Part shown: in pieces, positions 62,537 through 64,000 of the stretch | How the letters are laid out: each line of letters begins with the position of its first letter | Position numbering within the stretch: the first letter of the stretch is position 1 | Source of the DNA: Burkholderiaceae bacterium | GTDB lineage: Bacteria; Pseudomonadota; Gammaproteobacteria; Burkholderiales; Burkholderiaceae_D | Length of the DNA stretch: 64,000 bases | NCBI GenBank assembly: GCA_036561005.1 | Contig: DATBQE010000239.1 | Coordinates: 885 to 64,884 of the forward strand | Direction: 5' to 3' | Translations under genes and position numbers: made by a program | The notes under the pieces: generated by a model | Told to the model about the DNA's origin: nothing | The model's database searches: none | What the model saw: the letters and a program-made list of their open reading frames with translations, nothing else

Positions 62537-64000
62537 ATGCCTTTAGATACCGCCATTTCCCAAGCCGCCACCCTGTCCAACAAGGCAGGCGCGCAGATCG
62601 CCCAGTTTGGCCTGAACAAGGTTTTGCAGAGCCAACTCGTTGCCACGCAATTGTTCGGCAAATTCGCCATGCAGAGTCCAGCCAGCGATCCGACCGTGAT
62701 GAGCAATATCTCCCATCACCTGGCAAATATCGCCAGGAATCCTGCCTTTGCCAGCATTGATCTGGCCAGCCTCGGCAAGCTCGAACTCAAGGATGCCGTG
62801 TCGTTCCAATTGGGCGCCGTCACAGTTCCAGTTTCCTCAGGCAGCGCATCGAGCCAAAGCAGCAGTTCTCCGGGCAGCACCGGCAGTATTCTCGTGACCG
62901 TCATGGAAAACTGCGGCCCGACGAGCAACCCGGCAAATCATGGCCCCGTGGTCAATCCGGGCGAACAACCGTGGCAACTCGTCACATCGCTGCGCAGCGT
63001 GAACACCTTGCCGGCACAAAGTTTGAGGACAACGACGCAGGGCAATTTGCATCAGCTACGCATTGTCGATCCTGACCTGACGCAGACCGCTTATGTGCTG
63101 GCCGACGAGGTCGATTTCTCGGACAACGCCATCGCTGTGTTGAATGGGCAAAGCCGTGTCGTGATCATTTGCCACACGCTCAAATTCGGCCAGAACGTCC
63201 AATTCACCGGCGAATTGCTCAGCCCGCCTGCGCCGCCCAATCCGCGCAAGCAGGCAACCCCGGCCAATTCTTTCAGCGGCCCAGCCTCCAAGATGACTTT
63301 CATCGGCCAGCCGGGCCAGATGCCGACGGCATTGGCGGGAACAAACGGCCCTGCAGGCAATACCGGCAATCAAGGCGTCGACGCGCCGAAACTGGAAATC
63401 TATGCCTTGACTATTTCCGGCTTTCCCACCGCTTGCAATCTACCAGGCTATGCGGGACAACAAGGCCAGGACGGCGGCGACGGCAATCCGGGCCAGGATG
63501 GCGGCGCCGGCACTGACGCGAAATATGATTGGGCGGGGTTCCGCACCGCAGGACGCGGCAACGGCGGTAACGGCGGCAACGGCGGTGTTGCCGGCACGGG
63601 CGGCAACGGCGGAACCGGTGGTGCGGGCGGCAGTTTCCTCATTGCTGCGCCCAATGCAACCCTGCAAACGCTGAGCAACCAGGCCACGGTATTTTCCAGC
63701 AGCAGTGGAAACGGCGGCAACGGCGGCATCGGCGGTCGTGGCGGCCTGGGTGGACGTCCCGGTCCGGTCGGCAACGACGCCCATGGCGCCGATCCGAAGG
63801 ACGGACGCACCGCAGGTAATGCAGGGGCAAACCAGCCGAGCGCATCGAACGGCGCCAATGGCGCACCGGGCGCAGCCGGGAGTTTTTCGGCACGCAACCT
63901 GACCCTGCAAGACTTTGAAAAAGCCTTCGAAGCACCCGGCATCGCAACGATTACCATCAATGGCGTCACAGAAAATCCGGGAAAGATTTTTGCCAAAGCA
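62537..64000 (+). CDS. Gly/Asn-rich protein with collagen-like GXY and GNGG tracts (partial; continues past window end)
   Basis: Not in the track because the frame is open-ended. ATG 62537 is preceded by AGGAG (62523-62527), and my translation stays open for 488 codons to position 64000. MPLDTAISQAATLSNKAG... has no signal peptide. Later come GTNGPAGNTGNQG, GYAGQQGQDGGDGNPGQDGGAG, GRGNGGNGGNGGVAGTGGNGGTGGAGG, GNGGNGGIGGRGGLGGRPGPVG and GANGAPGAAG. Confidence 0.6.
   Translation, partial: MPLDTAISQAATLSNKAGAQIAQFGLNKVLQSQLVATQLFGKFAMQSPASDPTVMSNISHHLANIARNPAFASIDLASLGKLELKDAVSFQLGAVTVPVSSGSASSQSSSSPGSTGSILVTVMENCGPTSNPANHGPVVNPGEQPWQLVTSLRSVNTLPAQSLRTTTQGNLHQLRIVDPDLTQTAYVLADEVDFSDNAIAVLNGQSRVVIICHTLKFGQNVQFTGELLSPPAPPNPRKQATPANSFSGPASKMTFIGQPGQMPTALAGTNGPAGNTGNQGVDAPKLEIYALTISGFPTACNLPGYAGQQGQDGGDGNPGQDGGAGTDAKYDWAGFRTAGRGNGGNGGNGGVAGTGGNGGTGGAGGSFLIAAPNATLQTLSNQATVFSSSSGNGGNGGIGGRGGLGGRPGPVGNDAHGADPKDGRTAGNAGANQPSASNGANGAPGAAGSFSARNLTLQDFEKAFEAPGIATITINGVTENPGKIFAKA

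Noticed and set aside
1-64000. Search by eye for tRNA, rRNA, tmRNA/SRP/RNase P, CRISPR arrays, toxin-antitoxin pairs, reverse transcriptases, integrases
   Set aside because: I recognised no T-loop-type GGTTCGAATCC contexts, rRNA-like stretches, regularly spaced direct repeats, or RT/integrase motifs. Absence by eye is not proof; Infernal, tRNAscan and CRISPR tools should confirm it.

Overview
This is a high-GC chromosomal window. Gene content and protein sequences suggest a betaproteobacterium (Burkholderiales/Oxalobacteraceae-like), which is inference only. I saw no rRNA, tRNA or CRISPR array by eye.

Core content:
- Nitrogen locus glnA - DUF4124 gene - ntrB - ntrC on the minus strand, with a readable sigma54 promoter, NtrC-type enhancer sites and a glnA terminator.
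- prfC.
- mgtA, preceded by an EIIA(Ntr)-like gene.
- A MarR / FAD-monooxygenase / DUF3237 / Liv-type ABC transporter cluster whose two promoter regions share the palindrome TGTTAT-N5-ATAACA.
- Two c-di-GMP-linked phosphorelay clusters. One is a hybrid kinase plus REC-HD-GYP. The other is CheY plus a 1537-aa hybrid kinase plus REC-GGDEF. The first kinase is interrupted by a single in-frame TAA.
- An atypical 1077-aa class-A PBP-like gene divergent from two tandem DUF4214/NHL-repeat lipoprotein paralogs.
- An AKR/LysR pair and several small enzymes.

Accessory content:
- A visibly lower-GC segment (about 2.3-11.4 kb) ends in a very AT-rich promoter region and an IS66-like transposase remnant.
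- This segment holds the most interesting item, a minus-strand operon. It encodes a CvaA/HlyD-like adaptor, a CvaB-like C39-peptidase ABC exporter, a 56-aa ORF absent from the ORF track (too short), and an MdnC/MvdD-like ATP-grasp ligase.
- The 56-aa ORF has a double-glycine leader and a Thr/Ser/Lys/Asp/Glu-rich core. I read the operon as a graspetide-type (omega-ester/amide macrocyclised) RiPP exported like a class II microcin.
- Other accessory features are two low-GC ORFans each followed by a ~116-bp structured repeat (REP/MITE-like or attC-like), REP-like double hairpins, short tandem repeats, and a partial Gly-rich collagen-like (GXY/GNGG) protein at the right edge.

Many long ORFs in the track are antisense shadows of real genes and were rejected.
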